55,272 nt of DNA, taken from the NCBI GenBank assembly GCA_943788985.1, contig CALSSJ010000038.1:1-55272 (forward strand), given 5' to 3'. This document shows positions 20,568 to 32,200 of this stretch, piece by piece (within the stretch, counting starts at the first letter, position 1; each line of letters begins with the position of its first letter). The notes under the pieces were generated by a model. The model did not search any database, was not told where the DNA came from, and saw only the letters and a list, made by a program, of their open reading frames with translations. The DNA comes from an uncultured Lentisphaerales bacterium. GTDB taxonomy: Bacteria > Verrucomicrobiota > Lentisphaeria > JABSQK01 > UBA12247. The translations under genes and the position numbers were made by a program.

Positions 20568-21141
20568 CTGAAACTAGCCGCGACGCTCTTGATCGCTGGA
20601 GCGGCGGTGGCCGGGGCACCGGAAAAACCTAATTTTCTAATCCTGCTTGCCGATGATATCAGCGCTTCGCATTTGGGGTGCTATGGCGCGCTGAATCCGG
20701 GAACCAGTCCGAATATTGACCGACTGGCGAAGAAGGGGGGGCTTCGATAACATGCTTGTGACGGCTGCTACCTGCGCCCCGGCGCGGGCAGAGTTGAATA
20801 CCGGACTGTTCCCGCAGCGCAATGGTGTGTTTCGCAATCATCTTGCTACGAATTCGGATCAGCGGAGCGCAGTGCATCACTTGTCCGATCTTGGCTACCG
20901 GGTGGGGCTATTGGTCGAGCGCATTCAATTCTATCCGGCAGTTCAACTGTTGGATTTAGAGCAGGATCCGTGGCAGATGGACAATCTGGCGGACACCCCA
21001 GAATCCCCCCCCACAGTTCAGGCAATCAAAACGGCGATAACCGACCGGATGCAGCAGCAGAGCGATGACGGAAATCTCGCAGGAAAACGACTCATGTGTT
21101 CCAACATGCCCTTTCCTCAATCAAGGCGGGGAGCCGGATGA
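20568..21141 (+). pseudogene. Sulfatase with a large internal deletion
   Basis: PNFLILLADD and CAPAR...LGYRVGL join directly (~20910) to the C-terminal QLLDLEQDPWQMDNLA. Confidence 0.75.
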
Positions 21142-21407
21142 CACAAAGAAACTACGCTGGGGGCGATTTTTATGCCGTTTTAAGCCATGCGGCGGGACGG
21201 AGCCGCAGAGCTCCCAACCGATCGACACCTCCGGTGAACGACACGGGTGATGAATGCCGGCGGCATGTACACATGGGCCATTGCTCGAATCGAGCATGGA
21301 TTTGCAGGAATTGAAAAATTGCCGAACCCAATACATAGAACCGGCGGTCTGAAATAGCGTAGAAGAATCGTCCCCCTTACTGCACTCGTGTTGAGTGTCC
21401 CACCCTA

Positions 21408-23796
21408 ATGGAACCCACTGTGTTTAAAACCGCCCTCAGCTCTCTATTGATTGGAATCATGCTCTCCCAACCCGCTTGGGCGAGAAAACCGTTGCCTGAA
21501 CCGCTCAACCCCACGGTAAAGCTCAATTTCACCAGCAAGGCCTCCGCGCCCGATGAGCCACTCACGCTTTGGTATGACGAGCCGGCTGCAAACTGGGAAA
21601 GGAATGCGCTTCCTGTTGGGAATGGCCGCATGGCTGCGATGGTCTTCGGGGGTGTGGATCGTGAACGCATCCAGTTCAACGAGGAGACTGTGTGGGAAGG
21701 CACCTACATCGACCGTCATAATCCGAAAGCCCTGGAGGCCTTACCAGAGATTCAACGTCTGCTGTTCGAAGGGCCGCAATGGGGAGGCTAAGAAGTTGGC
21801 TTCCAAGAGCATGATGGGAATTCCGAACAGGGTGAAGTCGTATCAAACCTTGGGGGATCTCGTACTGGAGTTCTCCCAACCAGATGAAGTTGCTAAGTAT
21901 CGTCGCGAACTTGACTTGACCACGGGCGTCGCCCACACGACCTACGAAATTGATGGCACGACCTTCACGCGCGATGTCTTCGTCAGTGAGCCGGATCAAG
22001 TGATCGTGGTTCGCCTGGCAGCAGATCGCCCGAGCCAAATCAATCTCACGGCTCGCTTGGCTCGCAAGGATGCGGTCATGAGCGAAGGTAAGGGCAACAT
22101 GCTTGTGATGCGGGGCAAACTCCAGGCGATCCAGTATGAGGCACAGCTTTTTCCCCGGGTTCACGGCGGTAGCGTGTCCACGAAGGACGGCAAGCTGATC
22201 GTTCGCAATGCCGATGAAGTCACACTTTTAATCACGGGCGCGACCAGCTATGTCGGTATTGAAGACTATTCTGCTGATGCCACAGAACGCTGCAAAGCCT
22301 ATTTCCAATCCACCTCGCAGAAATCCTACGATGCGATTCTGGCGGATCATCTGAAGTCTCACCAGACGTTGTTCAATCGTGTCCAACTCGATCTTGGCAG
22401 CACCGATGCCCCGCAGTCGCCTACCGACGAACGTCTCAAGGCGATGAAGCAGGGCTCGCAGGACCCGCAGCTTGAGGCGCTCTATTTTCAATTCGGTCGC
22501 TACCTGCTGATGAGCAGCTCTCGCCCTGGGTCTTTGCCGGCCAACTTGCAGGGCAAGTGGTGCCAACATTATCGAGCCCCCTGGAATAGTGACTACCACC
22601 TAAATATCAACTTTCAGATGAACTACTGGCCAGCACAGGTTGCCAACCTCGCCGAGTGCCACCTCCCGTATTTCGATTATATCGAGAGCCTGGTGCCGTA
22701 TGGCGAGAAAACAGCAAAACTGCACTATGGCGCTGATGGTTGGGTGGTGCATCACCTCTCTGATATTTACGGCAAGACTACCCCTGCGGATGGCGTGCAT
22801 GGCGTTTGGCCCATGGGGGCCGCCTGGTTGGTGCGCCAAGCTATGGAGTATTACTGGTTCACAGGCGACGAACAGTTTCTCCGCGAGCGCGCCTATCCTG
22901 TCATGAAAAGCTCAGCAGCGTTCATTCTTGATTTTCTGGTTGAAGCGCCTGAAGGCTCGCCGGTCGCAGGGCGATTGGTGACGAATCCTTCTCACTCACC
23001 GGAGAACAGTTTTATCAAAGCAGATGGCAGTGGGTCCTTGTTTACTTACGCCGCGACAATGGACTTGCAGATTATTCATGGCTTGTTCACCAGCCTGCTC
23101 GAGGCGAACCGCATCCTCGATCCGAGCGGCGAGTTCGATGCAGCATTTCGCGAAGAAATAAAAGCCGCACTCGCACAGCTCGCCCCCATGCAGATCAGCG
23201 AGAAGACAGGTCGCCTGATGGAGTGGATCGAAGACTACCGCGAGAAGCAGCCTAAGCATCGCCACGTTTCGCATCTCTATGGGGTGTACCCCGGTAAGCA
23301 AATCAATAAGAACGACACCCCCGAGTTCTATCTCGCGGCACGCAAGTCGCTCGAAGCGCGCGGTGATCGAAGCACCGGGTGGAGCATGGGCTGGAAGACC
23401 AACTTTTGGGCGCGCTTCCACGATGGCGAACGTGCCCATACACTACTGCGCACGCTGCTGACCAAGGGCACCTTGGACAATCTCTTGGATACGCACCCGC
23501 CCTTTCAAATAGATGGCAACTTTGGAGGCACTGCTGCGATCGCTGAGATGCTGGTGCAAAGTCACGCCGGTGAAATCGAATTACTCCCCGCACTGCCAAA
23601 GGCGTGGGCCACAGGCTCCGTGATGGGCCTGCGCGCGCGCGGAGGTTTTGAGGTGGATATCGCCTGGCAAAATGGACAATTAACTGAAGCGACCGTTCGC
23701 TCACTCAACGGCAATGCGCTCAAGCTTCGTTACGGGACTGTCACCAAGACCGCCTCGGTCGCGAAAGGCTCATCGATTACCTGGAATGGCCAATAG
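21408..23796 (+). CDS. GH95 alpha-L-fucosidase (one frameshift near 21775)
   Basis: [55 protein letters not shown] and PFQIDGNFG motifs. Confidence 0.93.
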
Positions 23797-23848
23797 CGAA
23801 AATCGAGCGCCGTTTCTCCACGCACAAACAGGAAAACAAGGATAGAAT

Positions 23849-25177
23849 ATGAAAAAGAAAAACAATGTCACACGACGTTCCTTCCTCAAACAATCTGTCA
23901 CTGCTGCAGGAGCCGCCTGGGCGGGGCCTATGGTGCTAAGGGCGGAAACCTTAGGGAATGCCGCGAAGGCAGCGGCCAATTCCCGTATCGGGATCGGATT
24001 CATCGGGACCGGCCTGATCGCAAAAGGACACCTGAAAAGCTTTGCCTCCATGAAAGAGGTTCAGGCGGTCGCCGCTTGTGATGTGCGTCAATCCAAGTTG
24101 GATAGCGCGCTCAAGATACTGAAGGGCAAAGGCGCCACTTCGGTCATGGCGACCCCTCACTATGAGGAGGTGCTGGACAATCCGGATGTAGATATCGTAT
24201 GCATCGCGACACCCGACCATTGGCACGCTGCGATCGCGATCGCCGCCATGAAGGCGGGCAAGGACGTGTACGTCGAGAAACCCATGACCCTCACGATCGA
24301 GGAGGGCAAGGCGGTGCTGGCTGCGGAGCAGAAATATGGGCGTATCGTGCAGGTGGGATCACAGCAACGCTCATCTGTGTATTTTCGCAAGGCCGCGGAG
24401 CTGGTGCGCAACGGGATGATCGGCGACGTCAAAGAAATTTACGCACAACTGGGCCGTATGCCACAACCGCCTCAGAACGCGCCCGTCAAGCCGGTTCCAG
24501 ACGGGCTTGATTACGACCTGTGGCTGGGGCCAGCTCCATTTCATGACTATACCGATCATCGTACTCTCTCGAAATACGGTGGAGGCTGGCGCTGTTACTG
24601 GGATTACGGCAATCGCAAGTTTGGCGACTGGGGTGCGCATCACTACGACATCATCCAATGGGCGCTCGGTCGGGACGATACGGGCCCGGTCGAGTTTATT
24701 CCGAAGGGCTATGAAGGGTCTGGGTACCACCATTATCGCTACGCCGACGGCACTACGGTTTGGCGGGATAGGAAACCTCCGAGAGGTCAGGAATCGGTGG
24801 CAGAAGAGAAGCCGAAAAAGGAGCCATCGATTCGTTTCATCGGGTCCGAAGGCGAAGTCCATGCCAGCCGGGTGATGTTCGACACCCTACCGAAAGAACT
24901 CCGGCGCCACCGCTTTACCGAGAACGACATTCAGCTCTACGAATCCAAGAATCATCGCCAGAATTTCGTAGACAGCGTTGTGTCGCGCAAACCGCCCATT
25001 TGCCCAGCATCGGTAGGTCACCGCACCGGTACGATCTGCCAGCTGGCGGGCATCGCCGAACGCTTGGGACGTCCCATCAAGTGGGATCCCAATGCAGAAC
25101 AAATTGTCGGCGATTCCGAAGCCAAGGCGATGCAGGATCGCCCGCGACGCGAGGGCTACGAACTGCCGACCGTGTGA
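23849..25177 (+). CDS. Tat-exported Gfo/Idh/MocA oxidoreductase
   Basis: TRRSFLK twin-arginine signal; [35 protein letters not shown] and DWGAHHYD. Confidence 0.93.
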   Translation: MKKKNNVTRRSFLKQSVTAAGAAWAGPMVLRAETLGNAAKAAANSRIGIGFIGTGLIAKGHLKSFASMKEVQAVAACDVRQSKLDSALKILKGKGATSVMATPHYEEVLDNPDVDIVCIATPDHWHAAIAIAAMKAGKDVYVEKPMTLTIEEGKAVLAAEQKYGRIVQVGSQQRSSVYFRKAAELVRNGMIGDVKEIYAQLGRMPQPPQNAPVKPVPDGLDYDLWLGPAPFHDYTDHRTLSKYGGGWRCYWDYGNRKFGDWGAHHYDIIQWALGRDDTGPVEFIPKGYEGSGYHHYRYADGTTVWRDRKPPRGQESVAEEKPKKEPSIRFIGSEGEVHASRVMFDTLPKELRRHRFTENDIQLYESKNHRQNFVDSVVSRKPPICPASVGHRTGTICQLAGIAERLGRPIKWDPNAEQIVGDSEAKAMQDRPRREGYELPTV

Positions 25178-25220
25178 GCCATGCGGCCTCATACAACAGC
25201 TTCGCGGCGTTACTCCCGTA

Positions 25221-25315
25221 TGTGGTTAGGGACGTAGCGCAGCGGAGTGCCGTTCCCAAAAGCGCCACGAAGAGGCGCGACTCCGCTTCGCTTCGTCACT
25301 CAACTACGAACCACA
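25221..25315. repeat. REP-like intergenic palindrome
   Basis: GACGTAGCGCAGCGGAGT (25231-25248) / ACTCCGCTTCGCTTCGTC (25280-25297), 16/18; outer arms TGTGGTT / AACCACA. Confidence 0.55.
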
Positions 25316-25533
25316 AACTCGACGTCCTCTCGGTGGCCATTTGCATCCTGAAGTGGTCGACCAGTTGCGCAGATCTTGCGACCAATGGTGGGGGGCCGTT
25401 CTGCCGTTCATGGTCAATGAAAGTTTGCCGCAGGTTGAAGAACATCAGCTGGCGGCGCGTGATGAGAGCAAGTTGTAGGGAACAGACATTCCCACATGGA
25501 GCGCGGAGAAGCTTTAAGCATAGGAGTGATTTG

Positions 25534-27021
25534 ATGAAGACACGCTGTTTTAGCTTGAAGATCTTCGCAGCCCTGGCCGTGGTTTTATCCGCGAGCCATG
25601 TGCAGGCAGAGGAGAGCTTGGGGGAAGATCCGTTTGCGCTTGAGCAACAAACTCAGCAGTCGACCGGCGAAAAGCCGTGGGCAGGGAAGACGCAGAGCGA
25701 GATTCAGGCCTGGGCCAAGAAGAATTTGCACCGGAAACTCCGCGGTAAGGAAGTCGAAGCAGAGAAGCATCCGCAGTGGGACTGGTTTCGAAAATCTGGA
25801 CTGGGGCTGTTTTTGCACTGGGGCCCGGCGAGCGTGAAACCGAACAACGGCGATGCATGGGCGATGGTCTGGTCAGCAGCCAAGGCCAAGGCAAAACGAA
25901 CAATCATGCTGCCGGAGAATATGTTTGCTGTCGCGGAAACATGGAACCCGGAGAGCTACGAGCCGGACAAATGGATGGCCGCTGCGTCAAAAGCGGGATT
26001 CGGATATGCGGTGCTGACCACACGGCATCACGACGGCTACTGCCTCTGGCCGAGTGAGCATGGAACCTGGGATACCGGCGACCACATGGATGGACGTGAC
26101 CTGGTGAAGGACTATGTCGATGCCTGCCGTGAGAACAACCTTAGAATCGGATTCTACTACTCCGGCCCCAACTGGCATTACGATTACAAGAACCGGGAGT
26201 TTATGCACCCATCGCGCACGGACTTCAGGCTGAATTACAAGCATGAGAAGATTGAGCCCAGTGCCAAGCTTACCTCTCTAATGGCAACTAGCAGCCCTGC
26301 CGAACGAGAAGAGTCAACCGGACAAGTGCGAGAACTGATGACCCGCTATGGCCCAATAGATATGATGTGGTGGGATGGCAACAGCATCATGACGCCACAG
26401 GAACTGGCGAAGCTTCAGCCGGATGTTTTCGTGGCGCGCGGCCTGATCGCCACACCAGAGGGCATGCACCACGGCGAGAGCGAAAATGTCAAAGTGACAA
26501 ATGAAGCGGGGTGGTGGTGGGAACTCTGCATTAAGTCAGAGAATAGGTTTACACCGAACTGGCACTACGGCGTCGAATGTGAGGGCAATCATTGGGACAC
26601 GAACAAACTGTTGAGCGAGCTTGTGCGCTGCCGGTCGCTGGGTGGTAATCTGCTGGTGAACATTCCGCCACGTGGCAACGGCGAAATGATGGAGTGGTTC
26701 TACGACGTCTGCGACGAAATGGCTGGCTGGATGGCGCATTCCCGGGAGGCGGTTGTGGATGTTGATCTCGACGCACCACTGCCGACGCTCGATAAAACGG
26801 AGAATTATACCACCAAGCGGGGCAGCACTTGGTATTCATTGCCGAATGGAAAGGACGTTGTTTTTATCTCGGATATCGCGAAGCCCCGGTCGGTCACGTT
26901 GCTAAGAACCGGCGAGACGCTAGACTACCAATTCCGCGACGGTTCCCTGCGCATCGTCGTCCCGGAAGCGATGCGCTCCACGCTGCCAGATATGGTTAGG
27001 ATTATAATTGGAGAATTGTAA
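25534..27021 (+). CDS. GH29 alpha-L-fucosidase
   Basis: AGGAG RBS, signal peptide, GLFLHWG, TTRHHDGYCLW, GFYYS, MWWDG (nucleophile) and GGNLLVNIPP. Confidence 0.9.
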   Translation: MKTRCFSLKIFAALAVVLSASHVQAEESLGEDPFALEQQTQQSTGEKPWAGKTQSEIQAWAKKNLHRKLRGKEVEAEKHPQWDWFRKSGLGLFLHWGPASVKPNNGDAWAMVWSAAKAKAKRTIMLPENMFAVAETWNPESYEPDKWMAAASKAGFGYAVLTTRHHDGYCLWPSEHGTWDTGDHMDGRDLVKDYVDACRENNLRIGFYYSGPNWHYDYKNREFMHPSRTDFRLNYKHEKIEPSAKLTSLMATSSPAEREESTGQVRELMTRYGPIDMMWWDGNSIMTPQELAKLQPDVFVARGLIATPEGMHHGESENVKVTNEAGWWWELCIKSENRFTPNWHYGVECEGNHWDTNKLLSELVRCRSLGGNLLVNIPPRGNGEMMEWFYDVCDEMAGWMAHSREAVVDVDLDAPLPTLDKTENYTTKRGSTWYSLPNGKDVVFISDIAKPRSVTLLRTGETLDYQFRDGSLRIVVPEAMRSTLPDMVRIIIGEL

Positions 27022-28443
27022 TGAAAATTAATCTGCTTAAACGAATAATCGCCACCTCGCTGATATGTGTCTGGGCAACGACGGTGCAGGGCCGCTCAGC
27101 CGCCCAATATCATCATTGTGTTCAACGATGATCAAGGTTACCAAGACCTGGGGTGCTTCGGTTCGCCGGACATCAAGACCCCGCACATCGACCAGATGGC
27201 ACAGGAGGGAATGAAATTTACTGATTTCATGGTGGCGTCACCGGTGTGTTCTGCGTCGCGTGCCGCACTTCTGACCGGCTGTTATCCGAACCGAGTAGGC
27301 GTTCCAGGAGTCTTTTTCCCAAATCGTGGTTCGGCCGGTTTGCCACCTGAGCAGGTGACGATTGCTGAGGTGCTGAAAAGCGTAGGCTACAAAACCAAGG
27401 CCGTCGGCAAATGGCATCTCGGCGATGAACCGGAGTATTTGCCGACAAATCAGGGCTTCGATTCCTACTATGGGATTCCTTACAGCAATGACATGTTTCC
27501 AGCGAAGAGCATGAAGTACGCAAAGGACTGTCTTTTCCTTGAGGAGATGAGCCTCGATAAGATTGATGCCGCATTTGCCAAGGATAAAGGCGGGAAGGGG
27601 CGGGTGATGAAGAACAAAGTGCCGCTGATGCGCAACGAAGAGTGCATCGAGTTCCCCACTGACCAGACCACCATCACCAAACGCTTTGCAGATGAGGGGA
27701 TTGCCTTCATGTCGGAAAGCGTGGAGGCACAGAAACCGTTCTTCCTCTATCTCGCTAATTCTATGCCGCATATCCCACTGTTTGCCTCGGAAGACTTTTT
27801 GGGCAAGAGCGAGCGCGGCCTGTATGGGGATGTGATTGAAGAGATCGATCACAATGTCGGGCGCATTCTCGCCCACGTCAGGAAACTCGGGGTCGAAAAG
27901 AACACCCTGGTGGTTGTGACATCGGACAACGGCCCCTGGCTGGTCATGAAAGAGAATGGCGGCAGCGCCCTCCCCCTGTTTGAGGGAAAAATGACGACCT
28001 TCGAGGGTGGGATGCGTGTGCCCTGCGTCATGAAGTGGCCGGGACGTATTCCTGCCGGAACGACGTGCGACGAGTTGGCGCTCTCCATGGATTTGCTGCC
28101 GACCTTCGCCCACATCACCGGCGCATCCCTACCGACGTTGCAGCCGCTGGATGGGAAGAATATTATCGATTTACTGTCAGCGAAAGAAGGCGCAGTGTCA
28201 CCGCATGAATACTTCTTCTACAGCAGAAATGCCGTTAGACACGGCAGCTGGAAATACCATTCACGGGAGATCTTCAAAGTCAAAGCCACCGCCCGGGATA
28301 CCAAAGGTCCGACGCTCTACAACCTCAAAGAAGACATCGGCGAGAGCAAGAACCTGATTGACCAATATCCGGAAATTGCGAAACGCCTGGCCAAGGTGCT
28401 GACATCACCGCCCAATCGACGGGCAACGAAGAAGAAGAAATGA
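27021..28443 (+). CDS. S1 sulfatase (frameshift at the end of the signal peptide)
   Basis: ATG overlaps the GH29 stop; DDQG, CSASR, GKWHLG, GIPYSND, SDNGPW and EGGMRVP. Confidence 0.9.
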
Positions 28444-28469
28444 AGTACAGGCATCTCGCAGGGCTGCTC

Positions 28470-28790
28470 GGAGGCAGGGATACCATGTTCCAGCCGGGAC
28501 TAATCTGCAGGGTGGCGGCGCCGTCGCGGGTGACGTGAAGGGTGCCCCTGGAGCTGCCGGTTCCGGGACCGAGGGCCGGATTCTGTGGCGTGACAGTTAT
28601 GCGAGAGGTGGAGAAACGAGCGGGACCCTGAGCGTCGCGGTCGATGGTGACTGTGGCGGTACCTGGCTCGGTTGCAGCCAGGCCGTTGCTGTCGGCGATG
28701 CTGAGGAAGACGGTGACGTCGTGGGTCTCGTCGGTATCGTTCGGGGTAATGTCGATCAGAGCTTCTGCGTAGTCCGTAGCAAAGACGACG
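28470..28790 (-). pseudogene. Internal fragment of an extracellular protein
   Basis: Minus-strand frame includes LQISPGWNMVSLP; interrupts a plus-strand gene start at 28440. Confidence 0.35.
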
Positions 28791-29066
28791 GGATTAGCGA
28801 AGGACGCCGGGCTATGGGACTGACACGTCGTGTGGCGGCGAGTTGCCTTTTAGCCCACATAGCCAGCCCATCATCTAACTTCACAACCAGTCGACCTGTG
28901 CTGCTTGAGCTGAAGCGATGGCCAACCAACGAGCCTGGCCTCGACTGCCTGCGGGCAAAGTATGCATCGCCACCGCTCTCCCCAAGGCGAGCACTGGGGT
29001 TGCTCCTGCTACCGGACCTTGCCGCGGTACGCGACCGATCGAGGCGAAGGAACGGTAAAGCGAACA

Positions 29067-29121
29067 TTATTGACGGGATTGACCGTATTGACATCGCAAC
29101 AGTTTGTCACTCCGGTCAATA
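29067..29121 (+). promoter_or_regulatory. 9-bp-periodic TGAC/GTCA motif, copy 2
   Basis: TGACGGGATTGACCGTATTGAC...GTCACTCCGGTCAA, about 125 bp upstream of the 29245 gene. Confidence 0.45.
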
Positions 29122-29244
29122 GAATCACAAATGTCCCCCTCACTGCACCAAATGTGCCTGCGTACTTGCCAGAGCCCCGTTGTACTGGTATGCCGACGCC
29201 GAGCAGTGCGGCGTGACTAAGACCATAACCACGGGACCGAGCGA

Positions 29245-32200
29245 ATGCATAGAATCTGGATCATCCTGCTGCTGGGCATCACCCTTGCCGAGACGACCCG
29301 TGCCCAAGTCGACACGGATGCGCTGCCGACCGTGGAAGCCGGCTTTGCAATCAACTTCTTTGCCAAAGAACCACACATCATCAATCCATCGGCGTTATGC
29401 TTCGATCGGCAAGGCCGGTTGTTTGTCGGGGCGGGGCCACAGTATCGCAACCCAAAACCGGACTCGCCCACAGATTACATCAAGATCTTGATTGACGATG
29501 ATGGCGATGGCGTGGCCGAGACGGTCAAGACATTTGCCGATGGCTTCAACAGTATCCAATCGCTTGCCTGGCGAGGTGAGGAGTTGTGGGTGGCAAACTC
29601 GCCAGACCTGACGGTCTTGCGCGATACAGACGGCGACGACGTGGCAGATGAATACCAACTCATCTACACGGGCCTCAATAATCTGCGCCATGGCCTCCAC
29701 GGCTTCAATTGGGGGCCCGACGGTTGGCTGTACATGGCCATCGGCAATACCTGGGTGAAACCCAATGCCCCCAAGCCGTTCCGAGACATCCAGAGACTCA
29801 AGTCGAGCGACAAGACCAAGTATCCACTGACGAAGGTCTATTCCCGGAACACCTACCCGAAGAGTTATCATTCGCTCAAAAGAAAGGAAAAGGAAGGCGG
29901 CATTTTTCGCTGCCGACCGGGCGGTCAAGACCTGGAGCTATTTGCCCGCGGGATGCGCAATCCATGGGATATGTGCATGGACGACGGCTTCAATTGGTTG
30001 GCGACCGACAACGACCCGGGGCCTCAAGGCGACCGCATTTTCATGCCGATTCGCCATGGCCACTACTCGATGCGCCACCCGTGGAAGTTTGACTGGAATG
30101 GCAAGCACCCGGCCGTCGCCCCGGTGGCAGACCTGTTCCCAACGGTGAGCGGGTCCGGGACAGGCGTGGCCTTCTACAACTCCGCGAATTTTCCCGAGGC
30201 CTATCGTGGCACCTATCTCATCGCCGACTGGACCCAGAGCTGCATCTATTGGTACCAGCCAAAATGGGAGGGAGCGCACCAAGTCCCGGCGGCCAAGAAG
30301 AAGCAGTTGGTCAGCAGCAGCGGCGGTTTCAAGGACCTCCAGTGGCAGGGCGGCGAAGGACGGGCGTTGTTCCGTCCCACCGACATCGAAATTGGCCCGG
30401 ATGGCGCCTTGTACATCGCCGGCTGGGGCTCGGTCTACGGCACCGAGTATGTCCCCAAGAGCGAGTGGACGGCAGAAGAGAATGCCAAGTACCAAGGGCG
30501 CGTCTTTCGGTTTCGCCACACTGATCCGCTGGTAGCCAGAAACACCTGGGATACGCCGAAACGTCGCAAGCCTCTGGCGGACTGGTCCTATGACGAGTTG
30601 CTCGCCGATCTTGGTGCACAGCTGCCGGTCTGGCGCGTCGATGCCCAAGATGAACTCATCCGCCGTGGAGCTCCGGTCCGTGAGCAGTTGCTGACTTCGC
30701 TCAAGAGCGACCGCATCAGCGAGATGCAGGCCACTTGGGCCATCTGGGCAGTAGGCCGAATCGAGCAGACCGCTAACAGCGATCACGCCACGCTCAAGGC
30801 GCTCGCCGCGGACGCTGCGCTCAATCAGCGGATCCAGGCCGCCAGAATTCTCGGCGCACACGAAGTGGCGTCCGCAGAGTCGCTACTCATCCGCCTCCTC
30901 GATGATGCAGAGCCGCGCGTTCGGCATGCGGCCATCGAAGCTCTTGGGGCCCTTGGCTGGAGCGAGCAGACGCGTCCGGCAATCCTTGCTGCGCTGGCGG
31001 ATGAAACGGATCGAGTCTGTGCCTACAGCGCCTGGCAGATCATGCGGCGCCAGCTTGCCGTGGCTGATCGCCGGGCGCTTTTGGATGACCCACGCCCCGG
31101 AATTCGGCGCATGGCCGCGCTCGGCTTGGCAGAAGAAGGAAATAAGGACATCATCGCCATGATCCCAGCCTATCTCGCAGGCGATAGGGTCCTCCCATCA
31201 ACCGATGCCAAGCTCTCAGCCAAAGTTAGCCTGAACGCCAAAGACCTTGCCTTTCGCGAGAAGACCACGGTCACCGTTTCCTCCACCATGCCCAGATATC
31301 AACCTGCTACGCTGCTGCGCGTAGATCTCGGCTGTGCAGACGACCCCGTTCACGAGCCCGGCTGGATCCCTTGGGAGTTATCGCGGCGCAGCCAAGTCCT
31401 GAAGGCCACCAAGACATTCGATTTCGAAGCTGCCCAGAACGCTAAAACGACGGTGACCCTAGAGACGACGACTCCTGGCCAAGCCCGCAATTACGGTCTC
31501 AGAAAAGTGACCAACGCAGCCAAGTTGCCGCTGGCGAACGTCTGGCGCGACCAGGTCTTCTTCAATAACAACACCAACGGCAGCATGACCCTGACCTTTA
31601 ACGATCTGTCGGCCGGTAACTACCGCTTTACCGGCTACGGCTTTGCCAACAATCTCACCGCCGGCAGCAAGTTCAACGATGAGGGCAATGCCCGCGTGGT
31701 GATCAATGAGCAGCAGACGGCACAGACTGCAACCTTCGTGTCTGGTCACGGCAGCAAGCTGATTCGTGAGGCAATCACGGCCGCCGAACTCCATACCCAT
31801 GCACGCACGTCCTTCGACTTCACCGTGGCGGAAGACACCAAGCCGGTTCGCATCAGCTTCCAAGACTTAGTAAGCGGCGATACCTTTGGCTTGAATGGCT
31901 TCGAGCTCGCCGCCTTCAACTTGCAGCCCTCTGTTGGCCCACCGGTTCACTACACCACGGACGGTTCGGTGCCAACCGCTCAATCTCCCCAAGTCACTGG
32001 GCCGCTGTCGATTCGCAAGACCGCTGTCGTCAAAGCTGCTGCGTTTGTGGACAACGCCCGCGTTTCGGAGATTGCCGAACTGCAACTGCGGCTCATCTCT
32101 GACTCGGAATGGAAGGATCGCCTCTTTGTCACGGATTTGAGCAATGGCGCCGAGGTGCTGGTCGATGGGGCCCAGCGCGGTGTGCGGGCCTACGCGGACA

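Noticed and set aside
25000..25533. N-terminal extension of the GH29 ORF in the ORF track
   Set aside because: Overlaps the previous gene and a palindrome; the RBS and signal peptide point to a start at 25534.
28756..29094. 112-aa minus-strand ORF starting MSIRSIPSI
   Set aside because: Its start is a translation of the 9-bp DNA motif, and no protein family is recognisable.
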